Positions 30,895 through 43,642 of a DNA stretch of 64,000 bases are shown here, one piece after another. A program made the translations under genes and the position numbers. The notes beneath the pieces were generated by a model. The model was not told the DNA's origin and ran no database searches. It worked only from the letters and a program-made list of their open reading frames with translations. The stretch lies in assembly GCF_009914755.1 (NCBI RefSeq), contig NC_060938.1; one strand, written 5' to 3'. This stretch comes from the human T2T-CHM13v2.0 reference genome, Homo sapiens. Position 1 is the first letter of the stretch. Each line of letters begins with the position of its first letter.

Positions 30895-31221
30895 AAAAGA
30901 GAATTTTAGTTTCAGCTTGTCAAATTGTTTGGGGATTTGATTAACATTCCATTGAGTTTATAATTTTGAGGGAATTGCCACTTCTAAATTCTGAAATTTC
31001 TATCAAAGAATATAGCAGTACATCAATACTTTTATTAGGGCTTTTTTTCTTTTTATTAGTAAAGTTTTAGAATATTCTTCACAAACACCTCCACACTCCA
31101 CATATTTATTACATTTATCCTTGGTATCTTTTAGTTTTTGTTTATATGATAAATACCTTAGAAGTTATTTCGAAATATTCGTTACTGGCATTTGAGAATA
31201 TGATGTGTCTTTGAATATTAA

Positions 31222-31424
31222 TTTTTTTCTGAGACAGGGTCTCACTCTGTCATCTAGGCTGGAGTACAGTGGCATCATCATGTCTCACTGAAGCCTCAAT
31301 CACCCAGGCTCAGGTGATCCTCCCACCTTAGCCTCCTGGGCAGCTGAAACTGCAGACGTGCACCATCACTCCCAGCTGATTTTTGTATTTTTTGTAGAGA
31401 TGGAGTCTTGCCACATTGGTCACA
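31222..31424 (-). mobile_element. Partial AluJ
   Basis: gagacagggtctcactctg...ggctcaggtgatcctcccacc J-type diagnostics. Confidence 0.88.
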
Positions 31425-33334
31425 GTCCACCCCTTCGGCCAAAAATTTATCCTGCGCTTCTGGGGTTGTGTTATCTGCCCCCCTGGGCAGCCTTTGGGGA
31501 AGTCGGATTCCATACCCTGTGACCTGGGCTTCATTTGGACCTAGAAGTAGTGGGAGGAGCCACTTTGACTACTGCGGGGTGGTCCTAAGGAAGGCCATTC
31601 TGAAGCTTGCCTGGGTGAGATAGGTGGTGGTGTCAGGAGATGAAGAGATGGGCTGGTGGGCAGCTAGATTCTGACAAGCATCCAAGGCCCAGGAGATGTT
31701 GGGGTGGAGTAACTCTGAAAAGGTGCATAAGCTGATGCCAGTGGAGTAACCATGAGGCTAGTGAACTATTATGCATCTCCTGAAGTAAAACAACCTCTCT
31801 TTATTGCTCAAAAAAACCAAATATATGTACTAACAGTCAGATTTTTAAGGACTTGAATGGCTTTATCACCAATGGTATGGGCTACGGTTGATCTATGGTT
31901 TTTGCCATCACACCAATAATGCCCTTGGCTGGTGGTTTTGAATGTCTTTACCATAAATTTTATAAGGGATTGTGACTGTTTATCAGGCATTTAGTTTGTC
32001 ATGGTGTAAGATTGACCAGACAATTGCTCATGTAAGAATTTGTAGGTTATGATTTGATGAATTGGATGACTGCTGCTACTAGGGAGCAATTTTCGTTTGC
32101 CTTTTCTTTGATAATTCACTGGAAAACTGTGAATAATAATATTGCATATAAAAGAGACAAAGATGGATAAAGGTAGACGGGAATAAATTTTCTCTGTAAG
32201 TAGGAAACAGCTATGAATCTCTTATTAAATTTTATAGGCAGGGAGCCTGCAACTCTGAGCATGAGTTCTTATTAGTTCTTATTATAAGAAAAATTTAGAT
32301 CAGTTATGGACTTACCATTCTAAAGCAATCAGAGTTGAAATTTTTCATATTTTGACCACATTTTGCAGAGGGAGAAGGGTAAAAGAAAAAGCTGTTATTG
32401 AAATTTGTAAGCATATAGTTCATAGTTGAAAGCAGCGGAGACCAGATTTGGCTGATTTGAGTAGAAAATTATTTATTCAAAGGACATTGGGCTTTGCCAG
32501 TCTTGGGACTATGCAGATGGGAACAACAGTCCAATCATTCTGCAGAACTAGCTCAGTAGGGACATTGCTGTCACTGCTGCAAAGAACTACAGCTTGCACT
32601 GTTGACATTGCTAGCAATGGCCTCCAGAAGCTGCCATCAGCTCTGCTATCCCTGCTACCTAAACACTTGATTTTTGTGACAGCCATCTCCATTACCATAG
32701 ATAATTTATTCCTTCTGCACCTCACCAGACAAGGGAAACAAGACTGCCTTGGCCAGCAAGGGACTGTCAGGGGATTTGGTGGGTTCAGGGAACTTATGAC
32801 ATCCAAATTTATTCATTTGCCTCCATTCTATATCTCAGTTTTGTTCTATCCAGATCAGTGCTTTTACTTTCACATAAGTGATCTCAGTGGGCTGTGAATT
32901 CAACTGACATTGTAATTTAGAAACCTGCAGGATCAAAGTTTGAGTCTGATTTTCAGTTATCTCAGCCCTGCGGCTGAAAGCGATAAGAGATTCTTTTAGC
33001 AGTCAGAGAAACATGGGATTTCACTTCATGCCTCTAGCCAAGAATTTGTGATTTCAGCTTGTCATTCTTTTGCTTGAAGCCGTGAAGCAGAGTTAGAAGC
33101 AACCTCCATGCCTCACAGTTCTTGAATTCCTATGCTGTTTGTACACTTGTGTGGCAGTTGCCTACGTCCTTATTAGCCTTGCCTTCAATGAGAACTTCTT
33201 GAAGGTGACAACATGTGCAATGGACTTTCAGATTCCCATTCCTTAATACTGGCTAATTTTTGTTGGTTTTACTTTTTATTCAATTCAATTTTTCGAAGGG
33301 ACCATTGCCTGCAGTTACAACTGCTACCAATTTA

Positions 33335-33850
33335 TGTGTTAGTGTTTTTAGTTAAAAGCAACTCTGTCTGATGTAAGCAGAAAATGAATTCATTATAAGG
33401 ACACTCAGTTGCACAGAATTTCTGGGGCTACAGAGCTAGGAACAATACCTAAAATCATGACCTGAAAGGACACCACTGCTGTGCTGCTGAGCCTGTGCTG
33501 TACTTTGCATCATTAACAGCAGTATTAATGGACCCTGGATTGGGGCTACTAGCACTGCTGCCATTGCTACCCCAGGAATATTATCATGGTCCAACTCCTG
33601 TCATTGCCAGAGTAAATTGCTCACATTGTCCCCTACTTTGCATCACTTCTTTACAGTTCAAGATCCAAGCGATGCATTTGATAAGTGCAAAGTGGGTCTT
33701 AAGTCCATGCTCTAGCTGCCAGGGCCACTAAGGAGGTGAATATGTGGCATTTTCTTTTTTATAGTGTGTGGCAGTCTCTGCCACTTACCTCATACCTTCC
33801 TTCATAAGGTGGAGAAAATCAAAACATAGGAAGTAGGTTGTGGCAAATAC
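33335..33850 (-). mobile_element. Old MaLR LTR relic (MLT1J/K-like)
   Basis: taagcagaaaatgaattcattataaggacactcag...ctctagctgccaggg...gaatatgtggcattttc. Confidence 0.55.
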
Positions 33851-34059
33851 TATAGGCTGGCTCACTCAATACCCATTCCAATCTTCTGCTAGATTGATCT
33901 TCACCTAGGAAGTGATGAATTATGTTCCTAGGTTCCATAGCTGCTGCAGAGTTGTACAAGACTGCAACTGGAGCCAAGTCACCTGATGTGGTGGTTGCAT
34001 GCAGGGAGACTAGAGCTTATGTAAGCATGCTTGTGAAGGTGACTTGAGCATTTTTTTCT

Positions 34060-34278
34060 TTTCTGTTTAAAATTGACACATAATAGACATACATATGATA
34101 TTTTGATACATTAATATGTAACGATCAAATCAAGGTAATTGGTGTATTTATTACTTTAAACATTTACCTTTTCTTTATGCTGGGAATGTTCAAATTATTC
34201 TCTTCCAGCTATTTTGAAATATACACCACATTATTGTTTACTCTAGTCAACCTACTGATTTATTGAACACTAGGTCTT
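34060..34278 (-). mobile_element. L1MA 3' terminus (host element; resumes at 40757-40880)
   Basis: ttcaaattattctcttccagctattttgaaatatac...gaacactaggtctt; continuation tcttatttcttcaatctaactgtaattttgtac after 40757. Confidence 0.8.
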
Positions 34279-37200
34279 TTTTTAAAAATTGATAAATAAT
34301 AGATGTCCATATTTTCAGGCTACTTGTGATAATTTGATACATTCATATAACTAAGTCAGGGTAATTGGAATATTCATCACCTTATATATTTATCTGTTCT
34401 TTATGCTAGAAACATGCAAATTATTCTCTTCTAGCTATTTTGAAATGCACAATAGATTAATGTTTGTAGCATCACGCTACTGATACATCAAACACCAGGT
34501 CTTATTTCTTGTTTCTAATGGCATATTTGTACCTGTCAATTAACCTCTATTCATCCCTTCCTCACTGACCCTTCCTGGCCTCTGATAACCACTAATCCAC
34601 TCTATCTTCATGTGATCCAATTTTTAGCTCCCATATATGAATGACAATGTGCAATATTTGTCTTTCTGTGTTTGGCTTATTTCACTTAACATAATAACCT
34701 CTACTTCCATCCATGTTGCTGCAAATGACAGGATTTTATTATTTTTAATGGCTGAATGACATTCCATTGTATATATATAAAACCACATTTTCTTTATTCA
34801 TCCATTGATAGGTACTTAGGTTGATTCCATATTTTGCCTATTGTGGATTAATGCTACAATAAACATGGGAGTGCAGATATTTTATTGATATATTGTTTCA
34901 TTTCTTTTGGCTATGTACCCAGTAGTGGAATTACTAGATCACGTGATAGTTCTGTTTTCAATTTTTTGAGGAACCTCCATACTGATTTCTATAGTCGCTG
35001 TACTTTGCATTCCTCAGCATGTACAAGGGTTTCCTTTTCTCCACATCCTTGCCAGTATCCATTATTGCCTGTTTTTTTTAATAAAAGCCACTCTAACTGG
35101 GGTCAAATGATATCTCACTGTGGTTTTGATTTGCTTTTCTCTGATGATTAGTGATATTGAACTTTTAAAAAAATACTTTTTGGCCATTTGAATGTCTTCT
35201 TATAAATATTTATTCAGCTCTTTCACCCAATTTTTAATTGGATTTCTTTTTTGCAATTGAGTTGTTTCAGCTCCTTATATTTTCTGGTTATTAATTCCTT
35301 GTCAGATGAATAGTTTGCTAATATTTTTTCTTATTCTGTGGGTTGTCTCCTTACTTTACGATTGTTTCCTTTGTGGTGCAGAAGCCTTTTAGCTTGATGT
35401 AATCCTATTTGTCTTCTTTGCTTTTGTTGCCTGTGCTTTTGAAGTTTTACACAAGAAAAATCTTTGCTCAGGCCAATGTCCTGCAGCATTTCCCCAACAT
35501 TTTCTAATGTTTTCGTATTTTCAAGTCTTAGATTTAAGTCTTCAATCCATTTTGATTTTATTTTTGTATATAGTGAGAGATAAGTGACTAGGTTTATTCT
35601 CTATATGGATATCCAGTTTTCCCAGAAGCATTTATTAAAGAGGCTGTCCTTGCCCCACTGTATGTTCTGGGAGCCTTTGTTGAAAGTGAATTGGCTGTAA
35701 ATGCATGGATTTATATCTGAGTACTCTATTTTGTTCCATTGGTCTATGTATTTTTAAGACAGTACCATGTTGATTTGGTTATCATAGCTTTGTAGTATAT
35801 TTTGAAGACAGGTAGTGTGATGCCTCTAGCTTCATTTTTTTCCCTCAGGGTTTCTTTGGCTCTCTTTTTGGTTCCATATACATTTTAGTTTTTTTTGTTT
35901 GTTTGTTTCTTTGAAGAATGACATTGGGGTTTTGATAAGGATTGCATTGAATCTGTCAATTTCTTTGGGTAGAATGGTCATTTTAATAATATCGATTCTT
36001 TTAATCCATGAGCATGGACTATCTTTCCATTTTTTTGTCCTCTTTAATTTTTTTCATCATAGTTTTATAATTTTCTTTGTATAATCATTCACATCTTTGC
36101 TCAATTGATTCCTAGGTATTTAAAGCTCTTTGTAACTATTCTAAATGGGATGGCTTTCTTAATTTTTTTTTCAGATTGTTTGCTGTTGAAGTATACAATC
36201 CAAGGATCTTTGTTGATTTTGTGTCCTGCAACCTTACTGAATTCATTTATCAGCTCTAACATGGTTTTTGTTTGTTTGTTTAGTGAAGTCTTTAGGTTTT
36301 GCTAAATATAAGATGATGTTGTCTGCATGCAAGGCTAATATAACTTCCTCCTTTCCAATTTGAATGTTCTTCATTTTTTTTCCCTTGACTAATTACTCTC
36401 GTGAGGACTTCAGTATTATGCTGAATAAAAATGGTAAAGTGGGCGCTCTTGTCTTGTTCTTAGATGTTTTTTGAAGTCTTTCCTCTAAGACATTTTTTTC
36501 CTGTTCAGTATGATGTTGGCTGTGGGTTTGTCATATATGACCTTTATTATTTTGAGGTATGTTCATTCTATACCCAGTTTTTAAAAAATTATAAAAGGAT
36601 GTTAAATTTCATTGAATGCTTTTTTGGCATCTATTCAAATGGCCATATGGTTTTTGTTCTTGATTCTGTTAATGTGACCTATCATTTGTGTATGTAGTGC
36701 CATCCTTGCATCTCTGGGATGAATCTTACTTCATTATGGTCAATGATGTTTTTAATATATTGTTGAATTTGGCTTGCAGTATTTTGTTGAAAATTTTGGC
36801 ATCTATGCTGATCAGTGGTATTGGCCTGTAGTTTTCTTTATTTAATTGTATCCTTGTCTTGTTTTGGTATCAGGATAATGCTGGCCTTGTAGAATGAGTG
36901 TGAAAGTGTTTCCTTCTCTTCATTTTTTTGAAGAGTTTGAATATAATTGATATTCATTCTTCTTTAAATATTTGATAGATTTCAGCATTGAAGCTGCTGG
37001 GCTTAGCTTTTCTTTGAGGGGAGATTTTTTTATTATGGCATTACTTGTTAATGGTTTGTTGAGGTTTTCTACTTCCTCATGGTTCAATCTTGGTAGGTTG
37101 TATGTGTCCAGGAATTTATCTATTTCTTCTAGGTTTTCCAATTTTTTGGCATATAGTTGTTCATAATAGGCTTTAATGATTCTTTGTGGGTTTTTTTTGT

Positions 37201-40200
37201 ATTCTCAATTGTTATGTCTTCTTTTTCATTTCTGATTTTATTTATTTGAGTTTTCTTTTTTCTTAGTCTAGCTAACAGTTTGTCAATTTTGTTTAATCTT
37301 TTAAAAACCAACCTTGCATTTCATTCATCTTCTGTATTTTTTTAGTATCAGTTTCATTTATTTCTGCTTTGATCTTTATTTTTTATTTTTTTCTACTAAT
37401 TTTGAGTTCAGTTTGCTATTGCTTTTCTAGTTCCTTGGGTGCATCCTTAGATTATTTGAAGTTTTTCTACTTTTTTGATGTAGGTATTTATTGCAATAAA
37501 CTTCCCTCTTAGATACTGCTTTTGCTGTAATCTATGGATTTGGTATGTTGTATTTTTATTTTCATTTGTTTCAAGAAATTTTAAAATTTATTTCTTATCT
37601 TTTTTACTGGCCTATTGGCCATTCAGAAGCATGTATTAAAATTTCCTTTATTTGTGTAGCTTTTGAGAATGTGTAGTTTCTGAGATTCCTCTTTTAATTG
37701 ATTTTTAGTTTTATTCCATTGTGGCCAGAAGAGATACTTGATGTGATTTTTGTTTTCTGAATTTTTAAAATTTCTCTGTTTGTTTAGATTTGTTTTGTGA
37801 CCTAAGATCTGGTTTATTCTGGAAATTGTCCCATGTGCTGATGAAAATAATGTGTATTGAATTGTAGCAGTTGGGTAAAATGTTCAGAAAATATTAGTTA
37901 GGCCTATTAGGTTAGTGTGCAGTTTAACTCCACTGTTCCTTTGTTGATTTTCTATCCTGATCATCTTTTCATTACTGAGAGTGGGGTACTGAAGCCCCTA
38001 TTATTGCTGTATTGCTGTCGATCTCCTCTTTTAGCTCTACTGCTGTTTACTTTATATACTTGGGTGCTCCAGTGTTGGGTGTACAGATATTTATAATTGT
38101 TATATTCTCTTGTTATATTAACCCTTTTCTCACTATATAGTAACCTTTGTCTCTTTGTATAGTTTGTCTTTTTTTATAGTTTTTCACTTATACTGTATTT
38201 TTTCTGATACATGTATAGCTACTTCTGTTTTTTACTTGCATGAAATATCATTCCCAACATTTCACTTTTAGTTTATGTCTGTCTTTATAGGTGAGGTAGT
38301 TTTTTTGCAGGCAGCATTAGTTATGTCTTGATTCTTTATCCGTTCAGCTTTTCCATGTCTTTAAATTGGAGTACTGAGGCCATTTACTTTCACTGTTAGT
38401 ATTGGTAAATAAGGACTTACTACTGCTATTTTTATAGCTTGTTTTGTGGTTGTTTAGCAACTCCTCTCCTCCTTATTGTCTTTCTTTGTGATTATGTGAC
38501 TTTCTATGGTAGTATGTTTTAATTTGTTGCTTTTATTTTTGTATGTCTATTATAGGTTTTTTTCATTGTCCTTATCTTGAGGCTTACAAAAAAATTTTAT
38601 AGGTTAACCAGTTATTTTAAAGGGATGACAACTTAGATCACACACACATAGAATAGAAGCAAACAAACAAAAAACCTTTATACTTTAATTCTGTTCCTCC
38701 TCCACCACCATTTTGACTTTTGGTTGTCTCAATTTACATTTTTATATTGCCTATCTCTTAAAAGGTTGTTGTAGTATTATTGTTTTTGATATATTTGTCT
38801 TTTGGGCTTTATACTAGACATGAGCGGATTGCACACAATTGCTGTATTGGAGTATTCTGGCATTGTCTTTGTGCTTAATTTTGCCAATGGGTTTTATACC
38901 TTTAATTGTTTTATTCATGCACATTAGTGTTTTTTTCTTTCAGATTGAAGAACATCTTTTAGCCATTCCCGTAAGATGGGCTGGTGGTGGCGAATTCTCT
39001 CAACTTTTCTTTGTCTGGGAAAGACTTTATCTCTTCTTCATATTTGAAGGTTAGGTTTGCTAGATATAGTATTCTTGGATGGCAATTGTTTTCTTAGAGC
39101 ACTCAGGAAATGTTGGCCCACTCCCTCCTGGCCTGTATGGTTTCTGTTGAGAAGTCTTTTGCTAGATCAATTGGAGCTCCTTTATATGTCATTCACTTTT
39201 TATCTTGTGCTGCTTTGGGGATCCTCTCTTTATCCTTGACCTTTGAGAGTTTGATTATTACACCCTGCCTTGGGATAGTCCTATTTGGTTTGAATCTGTT
39301 TGGTGTTCTCAGACCTTCCTGTACCTGGATATCTATATCCTACTTAAATTGTGGAGAGTTTTCCATTATTATTTATTTTAATAAGCTTTCTTTTCTTTGT
39401 TCTTGGTCAACTACCTCTTGAACATCAATAATTCTTAGATATTGTCTTTTGAGGTAATTTTCTGTATATTGTAGGTGATCTTCATTCCTTTTCATTCTTT
39501 TTTCTCCTCTGACTGTGTAATTTCAAATAGCCTGTCTTTGAGCTCACTGATTTTGTCCTCTGCATGGTCTATACTAGTGTTGAGAGACCAATGAATTTTT
39601 TATCTCAGCAAGTATATTTGTCAGTCCCAAGATTTCTGTTCTGTTTTTAATAATTTTAACCTGTTAAATTTTAATCATTTTAATCTCTTCGTTAAATTTT
39701 TCTATTAAATTTCTGAATTGCTTTTATGTGTTATCTTGGTTATCACTGAGTCTCCTTAAAACTGCTGTTTTGAATTCTTGGTCAGAGAGCTCACATATTG
39801 ATATCTTGTTAGAATCAGTCACTGGTTCCTTGCTTTGTCTGGTTGGGGAAGTCATGGTTCCCTGTTTGCTGTTGTTCCTTATGGGTGTATATTTAAGTCT
39901 TTGCATTGAAGGATTAGCTATCTATTCCAGTCTTCTCTATCTGGCTTGTTTTGTTTTTATTAGTTATGTTTGCTTAGAGATATTTTGCAATTTACCTGTT
40001 GAATTTTTAAATTATTTTGTCTGCTGGGTCACTGCTTTCTTTTTAGCACTAGATGGCACCTTAATACCAGCTTGGCCTTGGCTCTAACAAACAACTGTAT
40101 TGCTGCCCATCCCAAATGGCTGAGGTCCCATAGATGATATTCTGGCAGTGTGGAAGGTGGGCTAGGGGTTCAAGTCTGAGGGACCTGTGGGACAAACAGT

Positions 40201-40756
40201 GTGGCACTGCTGAACAGCCACTCTGATTTGGCATCTTCTAGGTCAAGTTACAGAGCAGTGTTTCCAGGGCTGGGATGATAGTCCCATCTCCCACCTTTGT
40301 GTATGGCCATTCTCAGGGGTATTTCCCCCTTCAGGCACTTCTGATGCTTTCTGTGGGCTGAAGCAGGGACAAGTCACCTTCAGGGAATCCAACATGAGGG
40401 GAAGCTAGTTGTTCACCCTTTTCCAGTGTAGAAACTGTGAATCAGGGGGAATGTTTCTAGTGTAGAAACCATGAATCAGGGAAAATTTTCCACATGCTTG
40501 GTGTCAGGCAGATTGGAGGAAAGGGTGTTGCAGATATTGAAACCTGAGTCTCTTAGTGATTGCTTGGATTTTTTTTTTCATGTTTCTGTGGTGTTGGGAA
40601 CTGACTCATCCTCATATTTGAGTTCTGGGATATTGCTGGTGAAAATCTTGGCGCTCTATATTTGCTTTTGGCTTTCTCTGTGTATGTGTTATGGGGTGGG
40701 TGTGGGTGTGGAATGAAACCAGCTTGCTTCTCTGCCACCATTTTGGTATTAGAAGT
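34279..40756 (-). mobile_element. Full-length decayed L1MA-type element nested in another L1MA
   Basis: 3'UTR at 34279, ORF2 remnants (36920-37311), ORF1 N-terminus (39724-39906 NNSKQGTMTSP...ELSDQEFKTAVLR), 5' end reads gacttct...ccaaaatggtggc (YY1-like) on the minus strand. Confidence 0.88.
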
Positions 40757-41424
40757 CATTACATCTTATTTCTTCAATCTAACTGTAATTTTGTACACAT
40801 TAATTTACCTCTCTTCATCCCCCTTCACCCCCTACCCTAACCACTTTCATATATTCTCTATGTGAATATGACTTTTTCCAGAGTGACTGTGGACAAATTC
40901 TGGCATTCAGAATCAAGTGTACAAAATGGTGAGTAAGGTTGGCAATGGAGTTTCTTAGAGCAGCCCCACAATGTGCTATGCTTTTTTTTTCTCACTGTTT
41001 ATTTCTTAGCTTATTGACCCTATCTATTTGCCTTCAAGTTTTGTTCTTTGGGCCTTTTAGGGATTCTGTGGGCTAGCTAATAACCTTCTACAAAGCCTTT
41101 TCTGCTAAAAATATCTCAGTTCAATACTATTGTTTGCAAGTATAAGCCTGACTAATGGAGAGTTTCAGGTGGTAGGTGTTGCACCCCGCCCCCCCACCAA
41201 AAAAATGATAAATACCTCCTCTGCTAAAATATACATGTAGAGATTGGAAGTGTTGGTCTTCACTCAGTATTTGTAAAAAAAAATGGATTAACAGACCTAG
41301 AGAATGTGCACAACCGTTGGTTGTGACAGCAAAATATTCTACTGTACTAGTCAACCTGTGAGTTTCAAGCCTCAAATGCTATATGACACATTGGATGCAT
41401 AATTAAGCTGCAGCATTGCATTAA

Positions 41425-41675
41425 TATCAATAACTAGCATTTGTTGAGTGCTCACCAGACAGTGCTATATAGGTTATTTTATAAGTTATTTTATGTAATC
41501 CTCAAAATAAACCTTTGAAGTATTTACTAGTGGCATCTCTATTTTATAGAAGAGGAAATTAAGGTTTAGACCAGTTTAAGTACTTTCCCATGGTCAATCT
41601 GTTTGGTAGGCAGGAATGGGATATGGACCTATATCTATCTGACCCTAGATTTCTCATTATGCCATTAAACAACAC
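41425..41675 (-). mobile_element. MIR
   Basis: catttgttgagtgctcacc...ctctattttatagaagaggaaattaaggtttaga...aagtactttcccatggtca. Confidence 0.8.
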
Positions 41676-41859
41676 TGGCTCTTACTGTTATTGAATGTAG
41701 ATTTAACTGGTCTGCTCAGTATTGCAGAGAATTTGATGAGGAAATTATGATGGAGGATGCATACTTAACAAAGAAAATCTCCTGGATGGATCTTTCCTAT
41801 ACAGGAATTGTGAAAATCTTCCCTGAGACAGGTAAGTTATGCTGATTGTGTTTGAAAAC

Positions 41860-41925
41860 CTTGCCACTCAAAGCATGTTCCAGGGACCAGCAGCACTGGC
41901 ATCAGCTGGCAGTTTGTTAGAAATG
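41860..41925. mobile_element. MER5-like hAT fragment
   Basis: ctcaaagcatgttccagggaccagcagcactggcatcagctggcagtttgttagaaatg. Confidence 0.6.
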
Positions 41926-43598
41926 GCTTTGCGTATGAGAGAATGAAATAGGAATAGCAAATAAAGAATATCGAGAAGCCTTCTGGATGGAGTCTTGGAT
42001 CTTGTTGTATAGGAGATTTTTTTTTAGTGTCCTAATGAAAATTTTTGTATGTCTAGGCAAGATTGCAGAGTAGACTAGATGTATAATTTAATGTTATTTT
42101 CTAATTTATTTTTCTTCTCTCCTTTTAATTGCAGTATAAATGTACAGTATCATATATGTATACCCATATAAGCAAAAGACACTAATAGAACAAGAGTAGC
42201 AGGACCTACTTATGAGCTCAGGTCTCCTTATTATCTCGTGAGCATTTACTAATACCTTTATTCTTACAAAGCTTGATATTCTAAGTAGTATTAAAGGGTC
42301 TGTAAGACACATGGTACCTAAGAGATAATTCACATCATAGCTATCACTGACTTAGACCAATATCTCATCTTCTTTGTTTCATCTTTGTCATGACTCTGGG
42401 TATAGACTTTCCTTGAAAACGTCACCTAAATTCTCATTTCAGGAGGCACCTGCCTGTCACAGATACCAGTCAGGGAAAAAGAACACATAAGGATTTCCTG
42501 CTGGAACCCGAAAGCTTTTTCTGCAGTCCAGGTGGTTCTGATAGCCCTTACCAGATGTCTGTCCAGAGCCATTAAGTCTTGGCATGCTTGCTCTTGGGAA
42601 AATATTAAGCCATCTCACCCATGAGCAAGTGCTGAATGAATGGAAAGTTTCCAGCTGTGTGCCCAGAAAAAAATGTTTAATGAAGACAACTGATGTCTTT
42701 GAATGGTTTATTTTCTCAATTGTTTTTGAGGCTACAGCTTACATATCAATACTTCCGAGGGACTAAGTATACAAGAAAGACACTTAAAATGAAACCCTTA
42801 GTATATATTAGGACAATGTCCTCATTTTTATGTTCTCATTTACTTTACTATTGAAATTTTTAGAATGATTTATCAAGATTCTTTTATTATTATTTATTAT
42901 TTTCCTCTGCCTAAATAAATGGGGGTAAAATCTAAAACCATTTACTTATGAGTAAATATGATTGAGGAGGTTTCTATATGCTTATATTTTAAAACAGAAC
43001 AAAAAAACAAAAAATACCTACAAAGTTGGTGTTGAACTTAATTGAACCATGCTGCACTGACCCTTCTCACTTCTGACTCCTGTTTGCCCTTGGCTTCCTC
43101 TGTCACCTCTCCCTTCTTCATGTCCCATGCTCAGACTTGCGGAACCAGGTTTCCCTACCATGTTATGTTGTTTCATAGCTCTTCCTCTCACTTCTTTCTC
43201 TGTGTAAAATGCATCTCTTCCCTGTTTACATTTGGAATGCCTTCTCATTTTCAAAGGTGCATCTGGTTTCTCTACTGAATAGAACCTTTCCCAATTTCCC
43301 AATAGAGAACTTAACTACCCCTCACTTGGTGCCTACCCTGTACCCCAAATCCCCGATAAAACAATCTTTACATGGATGTTGAGTAAATAGTGACAAAGTG
43401 AAACAATGAAAGGAACCAATAAGATTCCTTAACTCTTTAACTAATGATGTATTAATAGGACCAGAAAATTACAGGAAAGAATCATTTTTTTCTTTTGCTT
43501 ATATTTATGCCCTATTTGTCTATTATGCGGAAAACATTATGGTTCGGAGCCCATGGCTTATTCATGTTTGTACATCCAATGTTCTCTCCGGTGCTAAT

Positions 43599-43642
43599 TT
43601 TGATCATCTGCTCAAAATAATGATTTTGAGCAGATGATCAAA
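43599..43642. repeat. Perfect 20-bp inverted repeat with a 4-nt loop
   Basis: tttgatcatctgctcaaaat-aatg-attttgagcagatgatcaaa. Confidence 0.97.

Noticed and set aside
32448-32897. Overlapping 149-aa (+) and 109-aa (-) ORFs in apparently unique DNA
   Set aside because: The longer one has a non-ATG start and no recognisable homology, and the left edge (gtagaaaattatttattcaaaggacattggg) resembles an old MLT1 LTR. It could still be regulatory, but I cannot support that.
34066-34505. Apparent ~215-bp tandem duplication
   Set aside because: Better explained as one L1MA nested in another, since the host resumes at 40757.
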